Shown here: positions 50,458 to 60,269 of the stretch, piece after piece
How positions within the stretch are numbered: position 1 is the stretch's first letter
Layout: every line of letters starts with the position of its first letter
Source: an uncultured Planctomycetota bacterium
GTDB lineage: Bacteria; Planctomycetota; PLA2; JAEUHO01
Assembly: GCA_963752285.1 (NCBI GenBank)
Contig: CAVVXN010000005.1
Location: 1,501,742 to 1,565,741, forward strand
Reading direction: 5' to 3'
Length of the DNA: 64,000 nucleotides
Notes under the pieces: generated by a model
Database searches by the model: none
The model's input: only the letters and a program-made list of their open reading frames with translations
What the model was told of the DNA's origin: nothing
Program-made: the position numbers and the translations under genes

Positions 50458-53400
50458 TCAGGCGCCCGCGACCGCGAAGGGCCTCGCGCCCCGTCCGACG
50501 CGCCACGCCGCGAGGAGGGAGTCCTGCTCGTTCGACGAGGCGAGCGCCGACGCGACGCGTTCGATCGGCAGGGGGACCTTCCGCGGCGTCGCCGCCACGA
50601 CGTCCGCGAGGCGCGCGAGCGCCGCCTCGATCCAGACGTGGCCGAGACGTCTCGCCCGCTCGGTCGCGTCGCCGAGCTCCAGATCGTTCGCGAGAACCCC
50701 CTGCTCCCTCCGGCGGGCCTCGAGCGTCCACCAGGTCGCGAGGAGGTCGAGCTCCGCGCGGCGGTAGTCCTTCGAGGGCCGCACGAGCGCCCGCGCGCCC
50801 GCGCGGAGCCGCTCCACGTCGCCGTCCACGCACGCGAAGGCCCGCGCGCCGTCGACGACCGTGCGCGCGGGCGCGAGGGCCGGCGCGTCGCCGAGACGCG
50901 CGAGGCACCGTTCGGCGTCGTCGAGCGCCGCGGCGGGCAGCCCGAACAGGTACGCCTCGGCGATCTGGGGCGCCACGCGCGCCGCGACGCCTGCCCCGAA
51001 GGTGGCGGCGCGCCGGAGGGCGTCCTCGGCGGCGCCGTGCGCGCCCGCGTCGTCGCCGAGGAACGCCCGGATCCGCATCTCGGAGAGCGAGAGGTCCACG
51101 AGGAAGTCTTCCGCCCCCGCCGCCTCCGCCGCGGCGCGCGCCGCCACGAGGGTCTCCCGCGCGCGGTCCAGATCCCCACGGACGGTCGCCAGGAGCGTCG
51201 AGAGCTCCAGCGCCTCGAAGCGAGACGACGCGCCCACCTCGTCCCCCAGCACGCGCAGGGTCTTCGCCACCCGCCGCTCGGCGGCGCCGATGTCGCCCCC
51301 GCCGTAGTGGGCGCGCGCGAGGTAGAGGCCCGCGTGCGCCGCGAGCTGCGCCGAGCCCGACAGCGCGAGCGTGTGAACCGCGCGCTCGAGGGAGCTGAGC
51401 AGGTCGGCGTCCACGCGCCGGCCCATGCGGAGTACGGCCTGGAACACGCGGCTCACCGCGGCGTTCACGGTCTTCCCGCTCGCCTCCGACATGCCGATCG
51501 ACTCGCCGTAGAGCTGCTCCGCCTCCTCGTCGTGGCCCTCCTCCTCCGCGACCTGACCGAGCGCGTGACGGACGGTCGCGGCGAGCGCGCCGAGCCCCAG
51601 CGCGTCGCAGATCTCCCGGGCCTCCTCGAGGAGCGCGCGCGCCGCGGGGTTGTCGCCGCGGAACAGTGCGCACCGGGAAGCGACGTAGAGACCGCGGACG
51701 CGGTCGCTCCCGGCCGGGAGCCGGCGGGCCGCGGTCACGAGACGGGCGCAGTCGATCTCGCGCGACCCTCGCGCGTGGAGCTCGAGGTCGTAGCCCCACA
51801 CCGTCGCGCGGTCCTCCAGCGCGCGGTCCGCGAGCGCGCGCGCGGCGGCGCCGACGCGATCGACGAGCGCGCGGGCCTCGTCGTGACGCCCGAGGTCCGA
51901 GAGGCTCCCGGCGAGCGCGAACAGGAGGCCGGCCTCGCCCTGCGCCTCGGCGTCGCCGATCGGACCGGGATGGAGCCCGGCCCGGCGCGCGAGGTCGAGC
52001 GCTCGGAGGTACTGCTGCCGCGAGGCGGCGCCCTGCGCCGCCCGGGCGAGGTAGGGCGCCGCCTCGCCGGGCTCTCCGGCGCGCTCCCAGTGGAGTCCCA
52101 TGCGCTCCGGGTCCACGGAGGCGCCGTCCGCCCGGGACGCGAGGTGCGCGGCGAGGCGCCGGTGCATGGCCCGACGAAGGTCGGCTCCGATGTCCCCGTA
52201 GATCACCTCCTGGAAGAGGCTCTGCGCGAAACGGTAGCCCCGCGGCAGCGGAACGACGATGCCGTGGGGTCGGTAGAGGCGCTGCAGCGTGCGCAGCACC
52301 CGGAGCAGGTCCTCCTCGAGCACCGCGGCGAGCGCCTCGCCGTCGAACCGGAGCCCGTCCACCGCGGCCGCCTCGAGCGTGCTCCGTTCGTCGGCCGAGA
52401 GCGCGGCGAGCCGGCGCCGGACCACGTCCTCCAGGCGGGGCGGGAGGTCGCCCCGTCCCCAGCCGGGGCCGGGTCCCACGCGGTCCTCCGTCACCTCGAC
52501 CTCCCCGGTCGCGCAAAGGTGCCGCTCGAGCTCGAGCGCGTAGAGCGGGTTCCCTCCCGAGCGCTCGAGCACGCGGTCGACGACCTCCGCGGCGATCGCC
52601 CGTCCCTTCGCCTCGCGCTGGAGCAGGTCGAGCACGGCCTCGCGCGGCAGGGGGCCGAGCTCCAGACGCACCACGTGCGGGAGGGTCGCGAGGCTGGCGA
52701 CGGCGCCGTCGATTCGCGCCTGCCGCTCCGGGTCGTCGGCGTCGTAGGTACGCAGGGCGACGACGATCAGGACCGGGCTCTCGGCGAGACGCGACGCCAC
52801 CGCCTTCAGGAGCTGGAAGTCCTCCGCCTCCGCGTTCCGCACGTCCTCGACGATCAGTCCGAGCGGACGATCGCGCGCGAGGCCCATCGCGAGCTGCTCG
52901 AACAGCCACGGGAGCTGACGCGCGTCGTCGTCGGGCTTCGGGGTCTCCGCCCGAAGCAGTCGCTCCCACCCGCCGGCCGCGGGCCCGAACCGGGCGGTGG
53001 TGAGCGGGACGCGGCCCGACGCGCCGTCGTCGCCGACGGCGGCGCGGCCCGCCTCGAGCAGCGCCGGCCAGAGACCTCCGACGGGCGCGACGCGGGCGAG
53101 GAGCCAGCGAAACCCGCGCGCCTCGGTCCGGAGCCGGAGCTCTTCCAGGAGGCGCGACTTCCCGATGCCGCCCTCCCCCGTGACCAGGGCCACGCGGCCC
53201 TGTCCGCCGGCGACCGACGCGGCCACGTCCTCGAGTCGCCCCATCTCCGCGCGACGATCGAGCAGGGGGCTCGACGTGCGCACCTCGTCCCCCGCGGGGC
53301 CGGGGCGCAGCACGGGAGCGCCGAGTGCGCCGAGCGAGCCGAGCCAGTCGAGGATCTCGCGGCACGAGGCGGGACGGCCCTCCGGCTGTTTCGACAGGCA

Positions 53401-54141
53401 GCGCATCGCGAGCGTGACGAGCTCCGTGGGCACGCCGGGCGGCGGCAGACGCGGCTCGACGTGCTGGACGGCGTAGAACAGCGCCTGCACGTCCTCGGCG
53501 GCGAAGGGGAAGGCGTGGGTGATCATCCGGTAGAGGACCACGCCGACCGCCCACAGGTCCGACGCCACGGCGTGGCGCTCGGCGCGGAGCACCTCGGGCG
53601 CCATGTAGAGCGGCGTGCCCCGGATCCCGCCGGTGCTTCGCATGAGGCTCGCATCGCCGAGGCGCATGCCGAGCCCGAAGTCGGTGATCTTGACCTCGCC
53701 CTCGCGGCCGAGCAGGACGTTCTCGGGCTTCACGTCCCCATGGGACACGCCCTGGCGGTGGGCCGCGTCGAGCCCCTCGAGCACGCCTCCCAGGACGCGA
53801 AGCGTCTCCTCGCGGCTCATCGCGCCCGCGACGAGCCGTTGCTCGAGCGTCCCCCCGTCCACGTACTCCATCTCGAGCATGTAGGCGCCGGGCTCGGGCT
53901 CGTGGTCGCGGTAGAGCGTCACCACGTGTGGATTCGCGATGCCGCCGACGATCCGCGCCTCCCGGCGCAGGTGCTCGCGATCGACGCCGAGGTCCGAGAG
54001 GACGTGGGCGTGGAAGGCCTTCAGCGCGACCCGGCGCTCGAACCCCGGGTCCCACGCGCGCCACACCTCCGCGAACGCGCCCGCGCCGAGGAGCTCCTCG
54101 ACCACCAGGTTGTCGATGCGAAGGCCGGGGCGGATCTCCAT
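50458..54141 (-). CDS. Ser/Thr protein kinase fused to a P-loop NTPase (AAA_16/STAND-like) and TPR-like helical repeats
   Basis: 1227 aa. Kinase motifs GAGAFAEVW, ALK, HGDVKPENVLL, DFG and APE. P-loop GEGGIGKS. A long Ala/Leu-rich repeat C-terminus. Confidence 0.85.
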   Translation of the reverse strand: MEIRPGLRIDNLVVEELLGAGAFAEVWRAWDPGFERRVALKAFHAHVLSDLGVDREHLRREARIVGGIANPHVVTLYRDHEPEPGAYMLEMEYVDGGTLEQRLVAGAMSREETLRVLGGVLEGLDAAHRQGVSHGDVKPENVLLGREGEVKITDFGLGMRLGDASLMRSTGGIRGTPLYMAPEVLRAERHAVASDLWAVGVVLYRMITHAFPFAAEDVQALFYAVQHVEPRLPPPGVPTELVTLAMRCLSKQPEGRPASCREILDWLGSLGALGAPVLRPGPAGDEVRTSSPLLDRRAEMGRLEDVAASVAGGQGRVALVTGEGGIGKSRLLEELRLRTEARGFRWLLARVAPVGGLWPALLEAGRAAVGDDGASGRVPLTTARFGPAAGGWERLLRAETPKPDDDARQLPWLFEQLAMGLARDRPLGLIVEDVRNAEAEDFQLLKAVASRLAESPVLIVVALRTYDADDPERQARIDGAVASLATLPHVVRLELGPLPREAVLDLLQREAKGRAIAAEVVDRVLERSGGNPLYALELERHLCATGEVEVTEDRVGPGPGWGRGDLPPRLEDVVRRRLAALSADERSTLEAAAVDGLRFDGEALAAVLEEDLLRVLRTLQRLYRPHGIVVPLPRGYRFAQSLFQEVIYGDIGADLRRAMHRRLAAHLASRADGASVDPERMGLHWERAGEPGEAAPYLARAAQGAASRQQYLRALDLARRAGLHPGPIGDAEAQGEAGLLFALAGSLSDLGRHDEARALVDRVGAAARALADRALEDRATVWGYDLELHARGSREIDCARLVTAARRLPAGSDRVRGLYVASRCALFRGDNPAARALLEEAREICDALGLGALAATVRHALGQVAEEEGHDEEAEQLYGESIGMSEASGKTVNAAVSRVFQAVLRMGRRVDADLLSSLERAVHTLALSGSAQLAAHAGLYLARAHYGGGDIGAAERRVAKTLRVLGDEVGASSRFEALELSTLLATVRGDLDRARETLVAARAAAEAAGAEDFLVDLSLSEMRIRAFLGDDAGAHGAAEDALRRAATFGAGVAARVAPQIAEAYLFGLPAAALDDAERCLARLGDAPALAPARTVVDGARAFACVDGDVERLRAGARALVRPSKDYRRAELDLLATWWTLEARRREQGVLANDLELGDATERARRLGHVWIEAALARLADVVAATPRKVPLPIERVASALASSNEQDSLLAAWRVGRGARPFAVAGA

Positions 54142-54594
54142 CCCACCTCCGACCGCGGACTGTCCCGAGAGCGCGACCGGAGGTCAAGCCGCCGCCCCCG
54201 AGGGCCCGGCGCGCGCGCCCCCACGCGTCGCCGAGGACTCCGCGCGGGCGCGACCTCGCGACGCCACCGAACGCGCGGGCGGGCGCCGGGACGCGACCCC
54301 GTCCTCGCGCGCGGGCCGACGGCCGTCGGAGGCGCGAACGGGCCCGGCCCGGGATCGCGGGGCGGGCCGACCGCCCGGGCCCCCTCCCGGGCCCCACCAC
54401 GGCGCGCGTCCTTGGTGCGGGCGATCGTCGGGCCGGTAGAGAGGCCGGCCGTCGCGGGACGTGCCGGGTCGGGCGCACGCCCCTCGACGTCCGACATGAT
54501 GGGCCCCCCGGGAAGCGCTTCGGCCGCCGCGCCCCCGGTCGCCGGCTCTCGGGAAGAGCTCGCGCCGAGTCCCGCGGCAGGGATCCTCCACGGC

Positions 54595-56043
54595 ATGAAC
54601 GAACCCGTCGCCGTCGCCACGAGGTCTGAGCTGCCGGACCTCGCGTTCTTCACCGTGGACGAACAGGACGTCCAGCGTGTGCTCGCCGAGGCGATGTCGC
54701 GCGGCGCCGACTACGCGGACCTCTACTTCGAGCACGACCGCTACCACGCGCTCGCGCTCGAGGACGAGATCGTCAGCCGGGCGATGTCGGCGGTGGACCG
54801 CGGCGTGGGGATCCGCGTGCTGGTGGGCGACCAGACGGGCTACGCGTACAGCGAGGACCTCGACCTGGCGTCGATGATCCGCGCGGCGCGCGTCGCGGCC
54901 GCCATCGCGGAGGGGGGCGGATCGACGCCGCCGCAGGGGTTCGCCCGGCGGGCGACTCGCGACCTCTACCCCGTCGTCCCGCCCTGGGACGAGGTGGGCG
55001 TGGAGCAGAAGCTCCCGCTTCTCCGTCGCGCGGAGGCGCTCGCCCGGAGCCTCGACCCCGCGATCGAGAAGGTGAGCGTCTCGTGGCGCGACGGCGACAG
55101 CCGGGTGCTCGTCGCGACGTCCGAGGGGACGATCCACGCCGACCGGCGGCCCATGTCGCGTGTGGCCTGCCAGGTGACCGCGACCCGCAAGGGCGAGACC
55201 CAGACGAACATGGCCAACCTGGCGGGGCGCCGGGGCCTCGACTGGTACACCGACGACCGCATCTCCGACCTCTGCCGGCGCGCCGTGGACCGCACGATGA
55301 TCCTCTTCGAGGCGCAGCGACCGCCCGCGGGCGAGATGCCCGTCGTGCTCGCGGCCGGGGCGTCGGGGATCCTGCTCCACGAGGCGATCGGGCACGGCAT
55401 GGAGGCCGACTTCAACCGGAAGGGCGTGTCGATCTACTCGACGCTCGTGGGACGACGGGTCGCCGGGGACGACGTGACGATCGTGGACAGCGGCGTGCTG
55501 GAGGGCCAGCGCGGCGCCCTGAACGTCGACGACGAGGGCCAGGAGGTCGAGGAGACGGTGCTCGTGGACCGCGGCGTGCTGCGTTCGTACCTCCACGACC
55601 GAATCAGCGCGCGGCACTACGGCGTCGCCTCGACGGGCTCCGGACGCCGCGAGTCGTTCCGCCACGCGCCGATGCCGCGGATGCGGTGCACGTACATGCG
55701 TCCGGGACCGCACTCGCGCGAGGAGATCGTGGCGTCGGTGGACCGCGGCATCGTCGCCGAGACCTTCACGAACGGCGAGGTGCAGATCGGCGCGGGCGAC
55801 TTCACCTTCTACATCAAGAACGGCTGGCTCGTCGAGAAGGGCCGCATCACCGCGCCGATCAAGGACGTGAACATCATCGGGAACGGTCCCGAGGCGCTCG
55901 AGAACATCACGATGGTCGGGAACGACCTCGAGCTCGACACGGGCGGCTGGACCTGCGGCAAGAACGGCCAGGGCGTGCCGGTGTCGCAGGGTATGCCCAC
56001 CGCGCTGGTCTCGCGCCTGACCGTGGGAGGCGAGGATGCCTGA
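54595..56043 (+). CDS. tldD: Metalloprotease TldD
   Basis: In-frame ATG at 54595. ADYADLYFE, GVGIRVL, HEAIGHGMEAD (the HExxxH motif) and GAGDFTF. Confidence 0.9.
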   Translation: MNEPVAVATRSELPDLAFFTVDEQDVQRVLAEAMSRGADYADLYFEHDRYHALALEDEIVSRAMSAVDRGVGIRVLVGDQTGYAYSEDLDLASMIRAARVAAAIAEGGGSTPPQGFARRATRDLYPVVPPWDEVGVEQKLPLLRRAEALARSLDPAIEKVSVSWRDGDSRVLVATSEGTIHADRRPMSRVACQVTATRKGETQTNMANLAGRRGLDWYTDDRISDLCRRAVDRTMILFEAQRPPAGEMPVVLAAGASGILLHEAIGHGMEADFNRKGVSIYSTLVGRRVAGDDVTIVDSGVLEGQRGALNVDDEGQEVEETVLVDRGVLRSYLHDRISARHYGVASTGSGRRESFRHAPMPRMRCTYMRPGPHSREEIVASVDRGIVAETFTNGEVQIGAGDFTFYIKNGWLVEKGRITAPIKDVNIIGNGPEALENITMVGNDLELDTGGWTCGKNGQGVPVSQGMPTALVSRLTVGGEDA

Positions 56044-57382
56044 ACGGGCGCTGGACGAGAAGGAGACCGCCGCGGCGCTCCTCGCGGAAGCGTGGCGCGG
56101 TCTCGACCTGGCGAAGGCCGCGGGCGCCGAGGACGCCGCGTGCACGGTCACGCGCCGGCGCGGCACCGAGTTCGAGTGGCGGGACGAGCGCCTCGAGAAG
56201 GTGCAAGAGGACCGCAGCCGCGCGCTTTCGATCTCGCTGTACGTGGACGGCCGCTACTCGACGCACGTCACGCACGACCTCGACCCCGAGCGTCTCCGCG
56301 CGTTCGTCGCCGAGGCCGTCGCGCTCACGCGCCAGCTCGAGGCCGACCCGCACCGGCGCATCCCGGACCCCGCCCTCTACGCGGACCGTCCCCCGGCGGA
56401 GCTCGACCTGGTCGATCCCTCGCTCGCGGAGCTCGATCGCGACACGCGCGCCGGCTGGTGTCGCGCGCTCGCCGACGCGGCGCGCGGCGACCCGAGCGTG
56501 ATCTCCGCCACCGCGAGCGTGGCGGACGCGCACGAGGCGCTCGCCCGCGCCACCACGAACGGGTTCGAGGGAACGGAGGAGAGCACGGCGGTCTTCTACG
56601 GCGCCGTCGTGACGATCCGCGACGGGGAGACGAAGCGTCCCGAAGCGCATCGCTACGTCGGCGGGACCCACCTCGAGGGCCTCCCCGCGCCGGAGGCCGT
56701 GGGCCGGGAGGCGCTCGACCGGGCGCTCGCGCACCGGGGCGCCCGCAAGGTGGACAGCCGGAAGACCACGATGGTCGTCCACCCCGAGGCCGGGCCGGCG
56801 CTCGTGGGCCGCCTCGTCGGCGCGCTGACGGCGGGCGCCGTGCAGCAGCGGCGCTCCTTCCTCGCCGAGCGCCGGGGGGCGCGCATCGCCTCGCCGGTCC
56901 TGTGCATGACGGACGACCCGCTGGTCCCGCGCGGCCTCGGCTCGCGGACGTTCGACGGCGAGGGCATCAGCGCGAAGCGGCTCCCGCTCGTAGAGGACGG
57001 CGTGCTGACGGCGTTCCTGGTGGACACGTACTACGGGAGGAAGCTCGGCTGGAACCCCACCACGGGGTCCCCTTCGAACCTCGTCTTCCGCCTCGGCGAC
57101 GCGGACCTGGAGACGCTCCTCGCCCGCGTGGACGACGGCATCCTCGTGACGTCCTGGCTCGGCGGGAACGCGAACTTGACCACCGGCGACTTCTCGTTCG
57201 GCGTGCGGGGGCACCGCGTCCGCGGCGGCGCGAGGACCGAACCGATCTCCGAGATGAACGTGACGGGCACCTACGTCGAGCTGCTCGACCGGCTCGTGCG
57301 GGTGGGGAACGACCCCATCCCCTGGTCCACCTGCCGCACGCCGACGCTCGTGTTCGACGGCATCCAGTTCAGCGGGAGCTGA
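56036..57382 (+). CDS. pmbA: PmbA/TldE, partner of TldD
   Basis: 448 aa, overlaps the tldD end by 8 nt. TldD/PmbA-family C-terminus (GILVTSWLGGNANLTTGDFSFGVRG). Confidence 0.85.
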   Translation: MPERALDEKETAAALLAEAWRGLDLAKAAGAEDAACTVTRRRGTEFEWRDERLEKVQEDRSRALSISLYVDGRYSTHVTHDLDPERLRAFVAEAVALTRQLEADPHRRIPDPALYADRPPAELDLVDPSLAELDRDTRAGWCRALADAARGDPSVISATASVADAHEALARATTNGFEGTEESTAVFYGAVVTIRDGETKRPEAHRYVGGTHLEGLPAPEAVGREALDRALAHRGARKVDSRKTTMVVHPEAGPALVGRLVGALTAGAVQQRRSFLAERRGARIASPVLCMTDDPLVPRGLGSRTFDGEGISAKRLPLVEDGVLTAFLVDTYYGRKLGWNPTTGSPSNLVFRLGDADLETLLARVDDGILVTSWLGGNANLTTGDFSFGVRGHRVRGGARTEPISEMNVTGTYVELLDRLVRVGNDPIPWSTCRTPTLVFDGIQFSGS

Positions 57383-58301
57383 AACGGGGGTCTCGGGGCT
57401 GCTTCGCCCTCGACGGCACGAGGAAGCCCCCCCACGCGAGCCCGAGGAGCGCCAGCGGGACCGCCGCCAGGAGGTCCGCCGCGTAGTGGTAACGGAGCCA
57501 GAGCGTCGCGACCGTGATCGCGCACGCGGCGACGGTGGCGACGCGGCCGTACCGCGGCGCGAGCCGGAGGGCCGTGATCGCGACGACCCACGAGAGGGCC
57601 GTGTGCCCGCTCGGGAAGCAGTCGGGCGTCACCTGGTGGTCCGCCACGAACGAGCGGAGGGCCCCGGTCGCGACGTAGCCGCGTACCGGATGCGCGAACC
57701 AGCCCGGGAAGGCCTGCCAGGGCCCGACCGCGGGGACCAGGCAGTAGAGCCCGTAGTTCACGAGATACGTGCCGACCCAGGCCACGAGGTACGCCTCGAC
57801 CGTCGCCCACCCCACCACGCCCCGCCACGCGCGCGAGAGGAGGAGGAAGAGGAGCCCGGCGCCCCAGGCGTAGTAGGAGACGTAGGCGAGCTGCAGCACC
57901 TCGGCGAGGCCCCGGCCGAGCGGCGTCTCCGGCCCCACGACCGGCGAGCGGTCCACTGCGACGGCGACCTCGCCGTGCGGCAGCACCCCGGAGAGGAGCC
58001 GCGCGTCGGCCGCGGCGAGGGACGCGTCGGCGGACGGCCGGCCGAGGGTCCGGATCACCGACCCGGTGGCCCCGTAGTGGACGCCGATGCCGACGCCCAG
58101 CGCGACGGCGAGCAGAAGGCGCGGCACGCGGCCGCCCCGGAGCCGCACGACGAGCCAGAGCGCGGCGGTCGCGGCGCTCGTCGCGAGAGACGCGCCGATC
58201 GCCGCGTCGAGGGGCGCGAGCAGGGCGTAGAGCGGCCCGATCAGGACCGCCAGGACCGCGAGCAGCCCGAACGCGAACGCGGCCGGGCGCGGCGCGCTCA
58301 C
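57369..58301 (-). CDS. PAP2-superfamily membrane phosphatase/transferase
   Basis: In-frame GTG at 58301 forms a GTGA overlap with the RidA stop. Polytopic. FPSGHTA and RYHYAADLL are PAP2 motifs C2/C3. Confidence 0.7.
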   Translation of the reverse strand: MSAPRPAAFAFGLLAVLAVLIGPLYALLAPLDAAIGASLATSAATAALWLVVRLRGGRVPRLLLAVALGVGIGVHYGATGSVIRTLGRPSADASLAAADARLLSGVLPHGEVAVAVDRSPVVGPETPLGRGLAEVLQLAYVSYYAWGAGLLFLLLSRAWRGVVGWATVEAYLVAWVGTYLVNYGLYCLVPAVGPWQAFPGWFAHPVRGYVATGALRSFVADHQVTPDCFPSGHTALSWVVAITALRLAPRYGRVATVAACAITVATLWLRYHYAADLLAAVPLALLGLAWGGFLVPSRAKQPRDPRFSSR

Positions 58302-58870
58302 GCCCGGACGATCGCGAAGGCCTCGATCTCGATCAGGAGGTCGCTCCGGCAGAGCCGGGCCTGGATGCCCGTGGACGCGGGCAGCGGGTCGAGACCCGCG
58401 GCGGCGTAGAAGAGCGTGCGGACGCGGTTGAACTCGTCGTAGTCCCGCTCGATGTCCCGGAGGTAGCAGGTGGTGCGCACGATGTCGTGCCAGGTGGCGC
58501 CCTCGGACGCGAGGAGCCGGGTGATGTTGCGGAAGGTCCGCCACGCCTGCGCCCGCAGGTCGCCGACGTAGACGGTCGTGCCCTCCGAGTCGATGCTCGC
58601 GGTGCCCGAGATCCAGAGGATCCGCTGTCCCGCCTCGATCGAGACGGCGAGGCCGCGCGTGAACGACGAGGGAAGGTCGTAGCAGTACGCCTCGTTCAGC
58701 ACGTCGTGAGACGTGATGACCGAGCGCGCCACCTGGGCGCGACCCGGCGGGAGCGCGACGATCCGACCGGCGTCGTCGAGGATCCCGAGGAGCCGCATCT
58801 CCTGGCGCTCGCCCTCCGAGTAGCCCGCGTCCACCTCGCCCAGCACGCGCCGCTCGGTCGCCTCGCCCAT
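58298..58870 (-). CDS. RidA/YjgF-family protein with a ~60-aa N-terminal extension
   Basis: In-frame ATG at 58870 with GGAGG 7 nt upstream. C-terminal ISGTASIDSEG...RTTCYL...IEIEAFA matches the RidA fold signature. Confidence 0.7.
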   Translation of the reverse strand: MGEATERRVLGEVDAGYSEGERQEMRLLGILDDAGRIVALPPGRAQVARSVITSHDVLNEAYCYDLPSSFTRGLAVSIEAGQRILWISGTASIDSEGTTVYVGDLRAQAWRTFRNITRLLASEGATWHDIVRTTCYLRDIERDYDEFNRVRTLFYAAAGLDPLPASTGIQARLCRSDLLIEIEAFAIVRA

Positions 58871-59345
58871 CGTCGGACCTCCTCGCACAGCCCGGGCCGG
58901 GGGCCGCGCGCGCCCACGGCCGGGCGAGGCCGTCCGGCGCCGAGCCGCGCCGGAGAAGCGTGTCGCACGGAGGGACACGCCGCGCGGGAGCGGCGAAGCC
59001 GGGCACGACCTCTGCCGGCCGGAGCCGGCGGAGCCCTCGCAGAGGCTCTGCGGCGGGGCATCCTACCCGCGTCTTTGTGCACCGACCCGTCGCGCGTCGC
59101 CCGTCCGGACCCGGTGCGACGCGCGCGAAAGCGTCATCCAGGGGCGTCGCTCGGCCGCGGACGGGGGCCGCCGACCGTAGCGGTCACGCCACGCGCGCGC
59201 CGCCCGACGAGACGCCCCCGGGCGCTTCCCGGCTCGCGCACGTCGGCACATCGATTGCACCCGATCCGCCGGGGGCTCCGACCGCCTTCGCGTACGATCC
59301 TCGCGGGACCGCGTCGGGCCCTCGCCCCGACCCCGCGAGTCGTAG

Positions 59346-60269
59346 ATGCCCTCCGTCCCCCCCGCCCGACCCCGGAGCCGTCGATTCCGTCCGACCCCGC
59401 TCGGCGGGCTCCTGCTCCTCCTGCTCTCGGCGTGCGGGGGCCGCACCGACGACCGGGCGCCCCCGATCGACGGCGCTGCGCCGGCGCAGCGCATCGTCTC
59501 GCTCACGTGCACCGCGTCGATGACCCTCGAGGCGCTCGACGCCCTCGACCGCGTCGTCGCCGTCGAGGAGGACTGCCCGGTCCACGGCCCGGATGGCGTC
59601 CTCCGGATCCGCAACGACGACCACCCGGGAAAGCTCGCACCGATCAACCTGGAGTCGATCCTCGCCCTCCACCCCGACGCCGTGGTCGCCCGCCCCGACC
59701 TCCGGCAGGCCCTCGACGGCAAGGGGCTTCGCGTCCTGTGGTCGCCGGCGTACACGACGCTCCAAAACCTGCCGGGCTTCGTGCGCGACCTGGGCGCCCT
59801 GATCGGGGCGTCGGACCGCGCCGAGCGGATCCTCACGGGGATGGAGGCCGAGGAGGCGGCGCTTCGGGCGAAGACCGCGGGCCTCCCGCGAACGAAGACC
59901 TACCTCGAGCGGAGCGGCCTCGGCTGGACGTACGGGTCGAACAACATCGTGGACGACATGATCACGCTCGCCGGCGGCACGAACATCGCCGGCGCCGTGG
60001 ACAAGTCGTCCGTCCGCCTGACCCAGGAGGCCATCTTCGCGGCGGACCCGGACGTGATCATCCTCGGACCGTTCGCCGACCCGAAGGAGGAGGTCCTGAA
60101 GCGGCCTGGTTGGAAGGACCTCCGCGCGGTCCGCGAGGGTCGGTTCTACCAGGTGCCGTTCGACCACCAGGAGGTGACGCTCGGCTGCCCGCAGTGCATC
60201 GAGGCATGCAAGACGTACTTCCTCCCGTGGCTGCACCCCGAGCTCGGCTCCGAGGCCGGGCCGCACTAG
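59346..60269 (+). CDS. ABC-transporter periplasmic binding lipoprotein (iron-chelate/cobalamin, cluster-8 type)
   Basis: 307 aa. Lipobox LSAC. RIVSLTCTASMTLEALDALDRVVAV, LHPDAVVA, DPDVIIL and GRFYQVP are typical of BtuF/FhuD-like binding proteins. Confidence 0.8.
   Translation: MPSVPPARPRSRRFRPTPLGGLLLLLLSACGGRTDDRAPPIDGAAPAQRIVSLTCTASMTLEALDALDRVVAVEEDCPVHGPDGVLRIRNDDHPGKLAPINLESILALHPDAVVARPDLRQALDGKGLRVLWSPAYTTLQNLPGFVRDLGALIGASDRAERILTGMEAEEAALRAKTAGLPRTKTYLERSGLGWTYGSNNIVDDMITLAGGTNIAGAVDKSSVRLTQEAIFAADPDVIILGPFADPKEEVLKRPGWKDLRAVREGRFYQVPFDHQEVTLGCPQCIEACKTYFLPWLHPELGSEAGPH

Noticed and set aside
54142-54594. A small gene or N-terminal extension of tldD (MMGPPGSASAAAPPVAG...) in the 453-bp divergent gap.
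   Set aside because: The extension is low-complexity, and TldD family alignment begins near MNEPVAV. The ORFs in the gap (for example 54021..54653 -) are Arg/Pro/Gly-rich with no start signals.
50638-56043. Very long ORFs in the six-frame track. Examples: 50638..56043 (+, 1801 aa), 37195..42153 (+, 1652 aa), 16278..19955 (+, 1225 aa), 9697..12930 (+, 1077 aa), 25315..29484 (+, 1389 aa) and 44072..47116 (-, 1014 aa).
   Set aside because: They run antisense to, or out of frame with, genes that have unmistakable family motifs. Outside any embedded real gene (for example tldD at the end of 50638..56043) they translate to Arg/Pro/Gly/Ala/Glu-rich low-complexity sequence. Stop codons are rare in every frame of DNA this GC-rich, so length alone is not evidence.
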